A DNA stretch of 34,492 nucleotides from Ionaspis alba (Eukaryota): assembly GCA_964255285.1 (NCBI GenBank), contig CAXUUL010000088.1, positions 1 to 34,492 of the forward strand, given 5' to 3'. The notes beneath the pieces are model-generated. The model was not told where the DNA came from. It saw only the letters and a list, made by a program, of their open reading frames with translations, and searched no databases. Below are positions 1 to 11,737 of the stretch, one piece after another (within the stretch, counting starts at the first letter, position 1; each line of letters begins with the position of its first letter). A program made the translations under genes and the position numbers.

Positions 1-74
1 GGTGAGGGGCGAGCGTGGTGGGAGGAGGGGGAGGAGATGACGAGATCGGAGATGTGTGGAGTGGTAGAGGACAT
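1..74 (-). CDS. Possible 5' end of a gene running off the left edge (MSSTTPHISDLVISSPSSHHARPS...)
   Basis: ATG at 74-72 follows a pyrimidine-rich leader and opens 24 codons to the window edge. The sense strand is C-rich, like the 5' end of the LACTB2-like gene. No homology is recognisable. Confidence 0.3.
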   Translation of the reverse strand, partial: MSSTTPHISDLVISSPSSHHARPS

Positions 75-328
75 GGGGAGGAGAAGATGACAGGGTGATA
101 TGGAATGGGTGTTTTTCTTGTCAAGTGCGCTTGCGTCAGCATCATGGCTTCCTCATTTGTGGCAAATTGAGAACGAAGATGCGGAGATAATTTGGTTCTA
201 AGAAGACACAATTTATGAAGTGTCCATGATTACATCAATATCATGCAAGCGCCTCAACAAACCGGAAACATCGCGAAGGAATCCATATGATATACAGAAC
301 GACTCCATGAAAATGCGAAAACTTACAA

Positions 329-1990
329 TCAAGCCTCGCCCTCAACTTCAAAAGGACTCTTCAAATCTCCCAGTCCCGGACAGCTATCCGAGATCGTGAT
401 GGAAACACCATGCCCCACATCGATCCCAGTGGCAGTCTCTCCCATCAGCGCCTCAACTTCCTCCTTACCTCGACTGGGCGTATGCACCCCCGGTTTCTCC
501 TTGTGAGCCGCCACTTCGACCATGCTAAGATTACTCTCCCCAGCCTTGAAATTGAGGCCAATACCCAGAAACTTGCCCGTAAGCTCCTTCTCCTGCTCCT
601 CCTCAATCTCACGCAACCATTGCACCTGCACGCATCGACCGACAAGTCTCTTCGTCGTCTCATCCACGGCTCCAAAATGCATACCTGCGCCTCCGCTGCT
701 CGTCATCATATAGAGTAGCTTCAGGAGTTCTTCGCGCTTGTAGTTGTTCTCAGGATGCTTGAGCTGAGTATGTGCGAGCAAAGGGTAGAGGACTCGGAGA
801 TAGGTGTGCCGAAGAGCGGTTGATGAGAGTGGGAGGTCGAGGAGGTTGCGGATCATGACGTCGACCAAAACGCGCAAATCATTCGTGTAGAAGTATTCGT
901 ACGTCGCTTGGGTTGTGAAGAGGAGGTAGAGCAGCTTGAGAATGAGGAGTTGAAGAGAAGTCTCGCTTTCTCTGTTAAGGAGTAGGATAATATTCTCGCC
1001 GAAGGTTTTGTAGACTGCGCCGTGGGTTGAGAGGACCTGTATTACTTTGTTGGGGAGGGGTTTGCTGCTCGTTCTGGAGGGATCGGGGTCATGGGCTGAG
1101 ACCATATATTGTTCATTGAGTACGAGCTTGGTACTCGGTCAGCAAGTTACGGGCATTCCTGCAATAGTCAAAATCGATGTCCTACCAGTACCCTTATTAC
1201 GGGATAATGATAGGGGTCGTTGACGTCGTTCGACAGACCCTCGATTAGTTGAAGCAAATATATTATAAAATCATCCTCAATTAGTGCTGTGGCCCTCTGT
1301 CAGCAGGATCTATCTTATATAGGGCTCATGCTCATAGCACACTTACCTAATTCTTCTGTCCGTATTCGTTGTATTCGTGACATTTCGTAAAGAAGCTGTA
1401 AAAGCATCCTATGCAGGTCCCCATCCTCGTCTAGCTTGCTCGTTATTAGTTCTAATAATCTCGAAAAAACTCCCTCCTCATTCATCATCTCAAATGTCTC
1501 TTCATGCTGCCGACCGTCGAACAGAAGGAGGGCCGTAATGAGGTGAAGGATGTTGGACGTGTCTTCCTACTGCCTGTCAGGACTATGAAGCGTTCTTGGC
1601 CATGGGTGCCAAACCTGGAGGAGTCCATAAATGATTTGCCGACGCACATATTGTCCATGTTCTATATAAAGGGAGGATTCGAGAAGCTTGAAAGAACAGC
1701 GAGCCACATCGTAGTCCGTGAGCAGATACTCGCCTGGCGAAGGTCAGCGTCAGACCCTAAGACAGCAGCATTGAGCATGTAAACCCTTGTATTTTGTAGT
1801 AAAGCTCAAGTAAGCCCTCAAAGTGTTGTCAATCAGCTCGTGGGAATCGCAGTGGGCGGCGACAATCTCATCGAGCTCTAGGACATTGCCGTCAGTGCCG
1901 TGCTCGATTGGTCCGTGATGGGTTCACGGCTTACACACCGTCCCAGAACTGCTGCTCATTATCTAGGGAATAAGAGACCTCAAACTCCAT
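329..1990 (-). CDS. LDB17: Ldb17/SPIN90-family (DUF2013) protein, Arp2/3 and endocytosis associated; 6 exons
   Basis: Spliced N-terminus reads [20 protein letters not shown]. The last exon (ORF 329..1105) carries [27 protein letters not shown] and [18 protein letters not shown], typical of DUF2013. Five GT-AG introns with CTGAC branch points lie between ~1129 and 1938. Confidence 0.85.
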
Positions 1991-2655
1991 TGCTCCCGCA
2001 TGAAGAAGGGCTGACGAGATCTGTGCTATCGTAGAGGCATTACCGTCTTTTCAAGTATTCCTGACGTGGGGTCCGTAGGCGCATGAACTGTAATCTTGGC
2101 AGCAGAACTGGTGGTTCCTTCGCTGAGGAATGTGATTGTGCTTCGCCGGCGATTTGAGATTACCCTTCCACCCGGTTACCAAAATAAATGGTACACCAAA
2201 CGAGAGATTTTACAGGCTCGCCCTTTTGAATCCCCTAGAAAAAAAATATTCTAGGTGGATGAGGTGGCGAGCCCGCCCGTGGTCAACGTTGCTCCGGCTG
2301 CGTAATTATAGGAACACCACTTTTGGTGTATCATTTATTTTGGCACCCGGGTGCCTTCCTCTTCCACCAAAGATACAAAACCTATACTGCGTGGAGCTTA
2401 GTCACTACATGATGAACATCAATATGGTAGGTTTACATTAAGAAGAGAACGCTCCCATGATCTGAAAAGGAGTGCCGAGACTGCTCCAGCCAAAGCTATC
2501 CAAGTATCAACGACATAGCGTTTCTTATGGGCTCTCTATCTTGCAATCCGTACTACTTTCTTGGGTGAATCATGACTAGCATTCGCGTGATATTTCATTA
2601 TCGTCAAGCCGGTCATGATTCATTTGTCAGATTCATATGCACATACCGAGGGTGA

Positions 2656-3263
2656 ATGTACCCAACCTCATCGAAGGAGGAGTCAACGCTGCAGACCATT
2701 GAACATATAAGGAGCGCGAACGGGCATGCTTTTGGAAACAGACCTGTTATGAGACTGTCAAGCAACCGGACAACGTTGCAAACCGTAGCTAACATAAACG
2801 CCACCTCGACGCTTGGCCAAACTTCCTTGACCACTGCGATTACCTACAATAGTCACGAAGTCCTCAAGCTGCTGCTTGACCGGTGGTTTGAATACAGTGT
2901 TTGCCCTCGCCTCCATGGTCCTCATTTGCTACAAATCGCGGCATCGTACGCAGATATTGAGACTATTCACATATTAACAAATACGAATCACTTCATGTTG
3001 AAGTACGACCGTAGCTAGGTTGCCGGCGATTTCGCCGAGCGGTTGCGCCAGCAACCTGATGTGACGGAGGAGCTAGTTATTGCATTCGAAGAACTCATTA
3101 GCATCATAGACAAGGAACCTGAACAGCGAAGGATACGCAAAGCTTGTTGGAATCCGGCGTCCTCTTGTGCCCCCATTCCGATGGTGAGAAGGCTGGATTT
3201 GATGCATCTAGCAAACACAATGACTCAGAAGTCTCGTTTGACGATGCAGTGGAACAGCTCTAG
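2656..3263 (+). pseudogene. Truncated ankyrin-repeat protein relic
   Basis: Ankyrin-like ANINATSTLGQTSLTTAITYNSHEVLKLLL and LLQIAASYADIETIHIL. An in-frame TAG at 3016-3018 is followed by protein-like sequence (VAGDFAERLRQQPDVTEELVIAFEELI). An apparent frameshift near 3130-3140 leads into SLLESGVLL...SFDDAVEQL* (TAG 3261-3263). There is no plausible N-terminal part. Confidence 0.65.
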
Positions 3264-3680
3264 AAAGCTAGTCATGTATACAACGTGGGGCATAGGTAAA
3301 CGCTGGAGGCAATGAGCTTATGGGTCTCCAATCTGCTTCTGCGTGGTATTCTGGCGTTGCGGGATGTGCAGGTACTTTCTGTTCATTCACTCTTACCTTG
3401 CACGGTGCTACGAAGCACAAGCTTCAGCTCTAGGACTCTTAAAGTCTCCTGGATACATATCTGACATCCTTTCAATTCATGTATGATGAATGATACAAGT
3501 TCTCGAACTCAAAAGATGCTTGATGTAGGCAGAGCGGGCCTAGCCACCGAATTCCAAAGAAGCGCTCGTCAACATGATTGTACAACGAACCGGCCAGCAG
3601 ATCTGCATGTCTTTCAAGCCGACGATGTGAACCCGGCTTTCAACAAATGCCCAATAAATAAGTGCATGACTATACATGTT

Positions 3681-6600
3681 CTATACAGGCCGCCTGAAAG
3701 GGTGTGCCTCGGTATTGCTGCTCTTAATTAGCTCAACCCGGTCGAATGGCGGTTATGAAGATGACTTACAAGACATACTCATCCAAGCTAATCACATCAG
3801 GGGGACTAAACAGAAGATAAAAATACTTGAGCGTCTCCGCCAACCAGAAAGACTCCATCTCGTCCAGCGGATCGGGTTCTTCACTAGTGACGTCGTCGAT
3901 CGCAGAATAACCAAAGTTAACCTTGGTGTAATTTTGAATTGCGTTGAACATTTTCCATCCTTTTTCTCTCCAGATCTCATCTCCGGTCACCCGGTACATG
4001 ATGAATACCGACTCTATGGCTTCTGGCCTGGTGGAAGATTGAGTCAGAGGTGTTTCATAAACATATCATGGTAAAGCTTACCTTAGTAAGTACCTCCGCC
4101 CCGAGACTTGAGTGACACCTGTAGGCAGCCTCTCTACCTTGATTCGCTCTTCTACATACTCCTCATGCGTGGGATAGAGATTGACCGTCTCCTCTGCGTG
4201 AGTAGAGCTAGTTATTGCTTCTGGAACTTCTTCACCTTGATCTCCTATTGTGCTGCTCGGAGTCTTCCGTTCGGGGATTCTATCATCTATTGAAGCCTGT
4301 GGTACCGAGGGAGGCAACCGATTTTCAATGGCACCGACTTGGCGCTTTGTGAGTGCCGTAGGCGCAGCCTGAGCTTCAGAGCTTGGCTCGTCTGCAGTGT
4401 CATCTCCCTCACCATCAGTATTGGACTCATCAGCCGTCGGGACAGGGACTCCTGCGACTTGAGCTTTCGCGGCCTCCGATTGCTTGGCAGCGTTGAGCCT
4501 GGCTTGTTGCTCGATGCGCTGATTTTCTTCTCGAGACGTCCTGTAAGGATCAAGTGTCGCGTACCATCGAGTCTGGTTCCACACGCATACATCTCGATTG
4601 AGACAAGGGATCACTTTGAAACTCTCGGGCATGATTCCCGTCGTTGTCGCTTCATATGACCAGACACAACCATCGGTGAGTTTGGCAGCAATATCTAAAT
4701 CAGGCTTTCGACCAAATATCTTGCTCCCAACAGCATACATACCTCCAGCAAAACAAAGCAGATGCTCCTGTTCTGGCTTGACCACAAGGTCTTCAGTGAC
4801 GTTTATGTGGCTGGATGTTGCAGCATTCCCAATGATTAACACGTCTCGGTTATTGGGAAGCATAGGCCGAATCAGAAGATGCTTATTGGCAGCTTCAATT
4901 GCTTGCTCATACATTGTCCTGTATTGTTGGACAAGCCCACCGAGTAGCAAGTATTGCTTCGGTAAATACTCGTAGGTTGAATCTGCCTGACCACCGAAGG
5001 TAAACTCCTCCGTATAAGCACTGGGTGGAGATGCCAACCCTTGGACTCCGCACTCTTCTACATCGTAAGCAGTGGTTGCAGGTAGTACTCCTGGCGATTT
5101 TGCTTTCATCTCTTCATACTTTGATTGCTGAGAAGTAGCGTTCATTGTCTGTACAGAGCTTCCCGAATTTGATATAATGTGATTCAAAGAATCCATGGCC
5201 AGTTGCCTTTTGATCTTTTTTGGTCTAAGTCCTACAGATTCTGACGATTCTTTTGGGTTCGTTAGACCCGGAGGCCGTTTCTGAGGTTGCTCTTTCAGCA
5301 TTTTTGGAACTGCATGAGTTGCTGTAGGAGAAAGTTGTGGGCCGTGATTCGCAGACGGCGATGCAATGGGGACGTCCTGTATCGCTAAACTCGCATTCCC
5401 AGAATTGCCTAGCGCACGTGCTGGAGGTTTGGGGAGGGGACCATTTGAAGCAGGTTGAGCAGCTGGTACATCGCCAAGATGACTCGGCCTCTTGCAGCCT
5501 GAAGCATCTACAACTCTTGGCCACAGCCCTGGAATGTTCGTCTTATTCTGGAAAACCTCTAGTTCGTTGGTTATTCGAGCTACAGCATCGTAGTATCTTG
5601 GTTCTTTGGTTATTTGAGCAAGGCGAGTGAATTCCATTGAAAGAGATCCCAGTTCGGCAAGAACGGTCCGTGTAGGAGCACGACCTGGTTGCGAGGCGAA
5701 AGCACTCGATGTCTGTCAGTGACATACCGGAGTGTGAATCACAATCACTTACGGATTCCATCTATAGTAAGTAGAGGGCATTCGATTGGGCGTGTCGAAA
5801 GCTCCCATCAAAACGTCCGCAAGTTCTACCGCCTTGTTCAAGAGAACCTTGTACTTGCCTCCGCTCAAATCGTAAGCAGAGACCAGACCTCCGAGGTACC
5901 TTATCGTAGTTTCAAACAACGGGATATCCCCTCTATCGCTTGTGGTGAATTCGATCTCGCCCACAGCATTGGTAGCCTGTACAAAGTCGTCCTCCAAGCC
6001 CATTATCCACATTGTATCTAAGGAATCCACCAGAGTTGCAGCCCAACCACAGAATGGATCGTGGACCCTTCCTGACAAAGGTTTTAACTCATCGTGAAGC
6101 CAGGCATGCTCTTTATATCCTGTCCATGTAAATTTGAAGGCTTCCTTGATAGTAGAGCGTTTCTTCTCACGATCAATCCGCGCACTTGAAGTCTCGTCTT
6201 TGAAATTGTATTGGATTCTCGGGATTGCAGAAGGCCTGCCAGTGGGCAGTTTTATGAGACTTTCTGTGGGAAGCGGAAAGTGTTCAGGCATTCGAGTCCA
6301 ATAGATTTTAGGATAATTTTCAAGCGCGGATGCAGCCTCATGCCGCCCCTGGCCCATTTGTACTGGCGTGTCATGCTCGGACGTGGACGGGGTTTGCGAC
6401 TTGGAAGAGGTGCTAGGAGCATCAGGCTCCTTAGATGCCGTGGTAGTTCCTGCTTTTGGGTATGGTATCGTAGGAGGAGTGCTGTAGGGCGAATCTGTTG
6501 TTCCTGCGGTCTCATGAGGTGTAGCTTTCTCCTGAGCGAGTTCCGTCACCGCAAGGGAGGGTGAGGTGACCGACGGCGCCGCAACGCCTGCACCACTTGT

Positions 6601-6810
6601 TGTAGGTTCACTCTTTTGCTCCGCCTGTGGCGTGACAGCAGCCCCTGCCTGCAGTGTCGGCGTGGCCGTTTTGCGCCCATATTTTATAAGCCCCTCCACA
6701 CTCCCTGGGGTGGAGTCTTCGTAATTACGTATATTGGTGAAGTGATAGAGGACTGCAATGACAAAGACAGCGAGCACGAGAAAGACCCTATAGCGACGGA
6801 ATCGGAGCAT
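3681..6810 (-). CDS. Class I alpha-1,2-mannosidase (glycoside hydrolase family 47), type II membrane protein; 4 exons
   Basis: N-terminal signal anchor ([18 protein letters not shown]) and S/T/P-rich stem. GH47 motifs: [62 protein letters not shown] and a spliced YVFNTEAHP. Three introns at about 5705-5752, 4030-4081 and 3718-3769. Confidence 0.95.
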
Positions 6811-7336
6811 ATCTGCGGATAGCAGTTGGCATCCAGAACACGGGGAAACGAGATGGCGTGCTCACTGTAGCACCCAGGGAAACGGGAGGAGTGGGGAGAA
6901 AGGCGATGGCTGTAGTTCTCCACATTGATCGCGGCTTCTCCTACTTCGGTATAAGGGAAGGAAATGCACTGAAAGGAAAGAATGGCAAGTTCACATCTTT
7001 GTGTCTCCAGCGCATGGGCTTTATTCGTAGCAATACTACCCTGTCCAAGTGCCCCTGGAGTGGTCGCAAGGTTTCCCTGCATAGCCGCAGCACTTCCTCG
7101 AACCAATTTCTACCCAATGAATGACCAACCTAAGCGTGCTGGGACGAAAATGGACTGCGGCAGCGCTTAGTTCCAGGCTAAGGCAACTCGAGTGGCTTCA
7201 AACTTTTGAAAATTTTAACAGTTTTCGTCGTAGCATGGCTATTTCTCTAATAGTCTACATAAATATGCCTTGCGCACGATTCTACACCCACCAGTCTTTA
7301 GATTAACCTTCATGACGTATTGGAAGGAAATACAGC

Positions 7337-9414
7337 TTAGCCTTCACCTTCACCGGGTCCAGGACCTTGTTGCCGACCCTGAGAACGATTTAGCAGAGGC
7401 TCAGTATCAATGGATTGTTCGAACTCTCTTTACCATTTGCCTTGCCTTTAGCAACTCATCGCAAAGGAGGAGATTTGAAGCGATACCCGAACTGGAGGCA
7501 ACACAATTTCGCAGAACTCGAAATGAGTCGTAGACTCCTTCTTGGATGGGATCCATGGGCTGTCCTGTCTTGAGGTTCAGTCCGACGACGTTACCTTCTG
7601 CGTATTCGTCCTGAAGTTCTGCCACTGAAGCAAAATCCGAATTAGCGAAGCCAAGTACGGGAATGAATCGTCTTACAGCTGTCCTGAATATCATGTCCGG
7701 AATTTGCCGCCAGAGTTTTTGGGATGATTAAAAGCGCTTCGGCAAAAGCTGCCACCCCATACTTGGCCTTTCCCCTCACCTGGTTCCTGAAGGACTCGCT
7801 CGTGAGTCGTGCTGCGCAAGCCACTTGAAATGCGCCCGCTCCAGGAACCACGCTCTTGTCTACGATCATGTTGTAAACGCTTCTTAAGCCATCTCGCACT
7901 GCATCGTTGATTTGGGTTATCGTGTGAGCGTTGGGGCCTTTGATCAGTAGCGTGACAGATTTCGGGTCCCTGACATCCTCCTAAGTTCGGTTAATAAATG
8001 GTAGAACACACAGGACAATCGACGCTTACAATGAAAGTATACTTCTCCTCACCAAGCTGATGCTCGTAGACTAATCCAGCCCATCCAAGTACTCCCGGTG
8101 TCAGATCGTCCACACTGTTTTGCGCGGTACCGCCACAAACGAGCTGTAATCTCTCCATATTCCTTCTCTTGGCTCTTCGCAATGCGAAAATGCCATTCTT
8201 GACCAATACATCTAAGCTCAGAGGATCGATTCCTTTCTGGTTGATGATGACGAAACCCTTTTTCGGGTCGTTCCCACAAACCTCCTTTTTGAGCTCGACA
8301 ATTTTCCGAAGCTTATCATCAACGAATCTTCGCTCACTTTCAACCAGCTTTTCCCTCTGTTCGGCACTGGAGTAATGGAAGCTTGAATTGACCTCCGATT
8401 TCTCATACTCTAGGCTGACATTGAGAGTCAAGATGTACGCGTTTTCTACACGCTTCGGCATGTCCGGATGCCTAGCACCGTGATCGAGAGCAAGACCCTT
8501 GATGAGTGAGGTATCTGAAGCTGTTCGATGCTGCATCTTCATTATCTCAATCATGTGCAGATCTGGCTTGGCAGGAGGATGATAAATAGCTAGCACAGCA
8601 TCCACAATAGCGGGAGTCAGCTTCTCAGCGAGTGTACTAGGAAGCTTCGTGGCCAGAGAGGTCCGTGCTACTGATAGCAACAATTCTCGATCAACCTCCT
8701 TCTGTAGTTTGAACTCATCCAGAAACTGATGACGATCTCAGCATTGTTCGGGTATCGTAGCGGTGTCGCATACCTTCAGTGTCTCGGCCTTCGCGATCTC
8801 GTAGCCATCAGTGATGATTCGAGGATGTAGGCCCTCAGAAATGTATCTATCTGCCTGCTTCAAAAGCTCCCCAACTAAGAGTACGACCGAGGTCGTTCCA
8901 TCGCCGGTAATATCGTCCTGGGCAGTCGCAGCTCTTGCAATCATGACCTGTGACCATAAGCGCCGTAGTCTAATATGGTAGTCGAGCACAAACTGCAGTG
9001 GGGTTTTGTATTTGCTTGATTCGTTAGCCAATCATAAGTAGATGAAGATTAAACGACTAACCATCTCCCGCAGTAGCACATTGCCATCCTTTGTCAATTT
9101 GATCTGTGTTGGCTATGAGCCTTGGTGCGGCAGCCTGAGTCCCAAAAGTTAACCTACAGATCCAGCTCCGTCAACCAGCCTGTTGGATTTTTAGCACCAG
9201 GCATAGGCAACCAATGTAGATTTCGTACATTTTGATAGTTCCTCGAGGGCCAAGATTGGACTTGAGCACATCTTGTAGGCCTTCCCCAGCAGATATGTTG
9301 ACTTTGAGTGCTTCACCGCGCCGCTGCAAGTACGTTAGTAGAGTGATAAGTCTTGAATGGTACACGCATTACCCTCGACTCTGCTTTGGGGTTCAGGAGC
9401 TGCGTTGCCGACAT
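7337..9414 (-). CDS. CCT6: T-complex protein 1 subunit zeta (CCT/TRiC chaperonin); about 10 exons, including 21-22 nt micro-exons
   Basis: [71 protein letters not shown] and VVPGAGAF. Nine GT-AG introns were traced; the protein ends [13 protein letters not shown] (TAA 7339-7337). Confidence 0.97.
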
Positions 9415-9507
9415 GGTGATGGCCTTTCGGGAAAATTCCCTTTTAGAAATGTCCTACCTTATGTTTCGACCGAGCTTGTGTCTAAGCTTTGGATCCAAAT
9501 TATTTTG

Positions 9508-9535
9508 CGCTGGCGCGTAATTTTACGCGTCAGCG
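9508..9535. promoter_or_regulatory. Near-perfect palindrome with MCB-like CGCGT/ACGCGT half-sites in the CCT6-NOP56 bidirectional promoter
   Basis: CGCTGGCGCGTAA-TT-TTACGCGTCAGCG: 13-bp arms match at 12 of 13 positions, inside a 361-bp head-to-head spacer. Function is inferred. Confidence 0.45.
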
Positions 9536-9775
9536 GTTAATCATTTCGCCGCCCTAAAGGTCATGCTAAATGATCCACGAAAATTCCCATTACTTCCAAT
9601 CAATTGATGCCCAGAAAAGCTTCTAAATCAACCCGACACAACGTCAACCAAGTCAAGGGCTCGAAAGCTGTCATAGATACCGCTTCAAGCATTGCCGTAA
9701 TCTTGCCTTCCAAAGACCAACCATTGTTAGACGGGCTGCATGGTTCTGATTGGGCATAAAGCCCATCAGTGCAGG

Positions 9776-11473
9776 ATGTCTGTTGACTACCTCTTGCACG
9801 AGTCCTCTGTTGGCTATGCAGTCTTTCAGGTTGTTCATCAGGCTGACACAGTGGGCAATCGGCTCAAAGAGGTCCAAGATTCGGTCCAGGCAAGCTCGCG
9901 GTTAATCCTTGCATATCTGATTCCCCAGCTGAATTTGCAATAGGATCTCGCCAAATTCGGGAAGATGGTGAAGTTGGTTAGCTTTGCACCATTCCAGTAA
10001 AACTCGCTCCTGATTCGGTTCTCTTTCAGTTACTGATTCGCTTTCAGAGGCGCGGCACAAGCACTCGAGAACGCGAACGAAGTATCAGAAGGCATTGCCA
10101 CGGAATATCTTCGCTCGTTGTTGGAGGTAAATCTTCCTAAGGTTGGGAAGAAGAACAAGGTTACTCTGGGTGTTTCGGACAAGAATCTAGCTGGAAGTAT
10201 TAAATCTGCATTCCCTGGTCTAGAGTGTGAAACGGGCGACACTAGCGAGATTGTTCAAGACATGCTGCGTGGCATTCGTCAGCATGCGCCTAAGCTGTTG
10301 AAGCAGTTGCAAGAGGGTGATGTTGAAAGGGCACAACTTGGCCTCGGGCATGCATACTCAAGAGCGCGGGTTAAGTTCAGTGTACAGAAGAACGACAACC
10401 ACATCATTCAAGCAATCGCGACTCTCGATCACCTAGACAAGGCCATCAATACTTTCTCGATGAGAGTCAGGGAATGGTATTCATGGCACTTCCCAGAGCT
10501 TATCCGAATCGTATCGGAGAACCATCAGTATGCGAAATTGGCTTTATTCATCGGTGACAAGAAGAGGCTCTCCGATAAAGACCTCCACGACCTCGCGGCT
10601 CAAGTTAATGATGATGCTGGGATAGCCCAAAGCATCATTGATGCAGCGAGGGTCAGCATGGGACAAGATATATCCGAAACTGATATGGAAAACGTTACGA
10701 CCTTCGCTTCAAGAGTCGTCAGCCTGGCTAATTATCGGAAAACACTCTACAGCTATCTCGTTTCAAAGATGAGCATTGTTGCGCCGAACCTTGCTGCCCT
10801 GATTGGCGAGGTTGTGGGAGCACGACTCATTTCCCATGCTGGTAGCCTCACAAACCTATCGAAGTATCCCGCATCTACAGTGCAGATACTTGGTGCTGAG
10901 AAAGCACTTTTTCGAGCGCTGAAGACGAGGGGCAACACTCCGAAATATGGCCTAATCTACCATTCCTCGTTTATTGGCAAAGCAGGTCAGAAGAACAAAG
11001 GTCGAATCTCAAGATTCCTAGCCAATAAATGTTCGATTGCATCACGAATAGACAATTTCTCTGACGCCCCAACTACGAGATTTGGTGATGCACTGAGAAA
11101 ACAAGTCGAGGAGAGACTGGAGTTCTATGCTTCTGGAGCAACCCCTACCAAAAACGCGCTTGCAATGGTCAGAATTCGGTCCTTAGATACACTATTCGTT
11201 GAAGCTGACAAAGGGTAGAAAAACGCGATGGACTCCGTACTGGCAGATATCGACGTTGCAGATCCCATGGCCGTGGACGCAAGTGACGAAGAGATGGCTG
11301 ATATCGCTCCTCGTGCCGTACAGAAGCAAGAAAAGAAGAAGAAGGACAAAAAGGAGAAGCGAGAGAAGAGCTCTAAGAAGGACGGTACTTTGGAGGAAAA
11401 GAAGAAACGAAAACACGCCGATCTCAACGGCGAGTTGGAAGGAAAGAAGAGGAAAAAGAGCAAAAAGGCCTGA
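9776..11473 (+). CDS. NOP56: Nucleolar protein 56 (box C/D snoRNP core protein); 4 coding exons
   Basis: [87 protein letters not shown] and a KKE/D-rich tail. Introns at 9890-9943 (GC-AG), ~9997-10047 and 11168-11218. Confidence 0.97.
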
Positions 11474-11737
11474 GCTCTGATATCCATGCGGGGCGTTATA
11501 AGGAGTTCACTTCGTATCAAAGCTCTGGTAGTGCTTCAGGCTTTCGAATAGCTAGTGTAACACTGTGGTTGCAGTAGATCAATTCATTGCTACACTGGCG
11601 AGAAATAAAATTTGGCTTAGCGACTGTTGCCCGGCCAAAGAACTTACGGAGAATTGATCTCCCGATTGCCAAACACGTTCACACTAGAACGACAACATAT
11701 CTTAACTGCTTGTACGCCAGATAATCGTTGAGACATT

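Noticed and set aside
2409..2465. ATGATGA...CTGA pair resembling a box C/D snoRNA
   Set aside because: Only ~57 nt, with no terminal stem and no rRNA-complementary guide that I can recognise.
3016..3021. Programmed stop-codon readthrough at the in-frame TAG of the ankyrin ORF
   Set aside because: The context is not the TGA-CTA or CARYYA readthrough type, and a further frameshift and the truncation point to pseudogenisation.
9910..9940. Kink-turn or box C/D motif inside NOP56 intron 1 (TTGCA...CTGATT...CTGA...TGCAA)
   Set aside because: The box C candidate deviates too far from RTGATGA, and CTGAT/CTGAA are explained as branch points.
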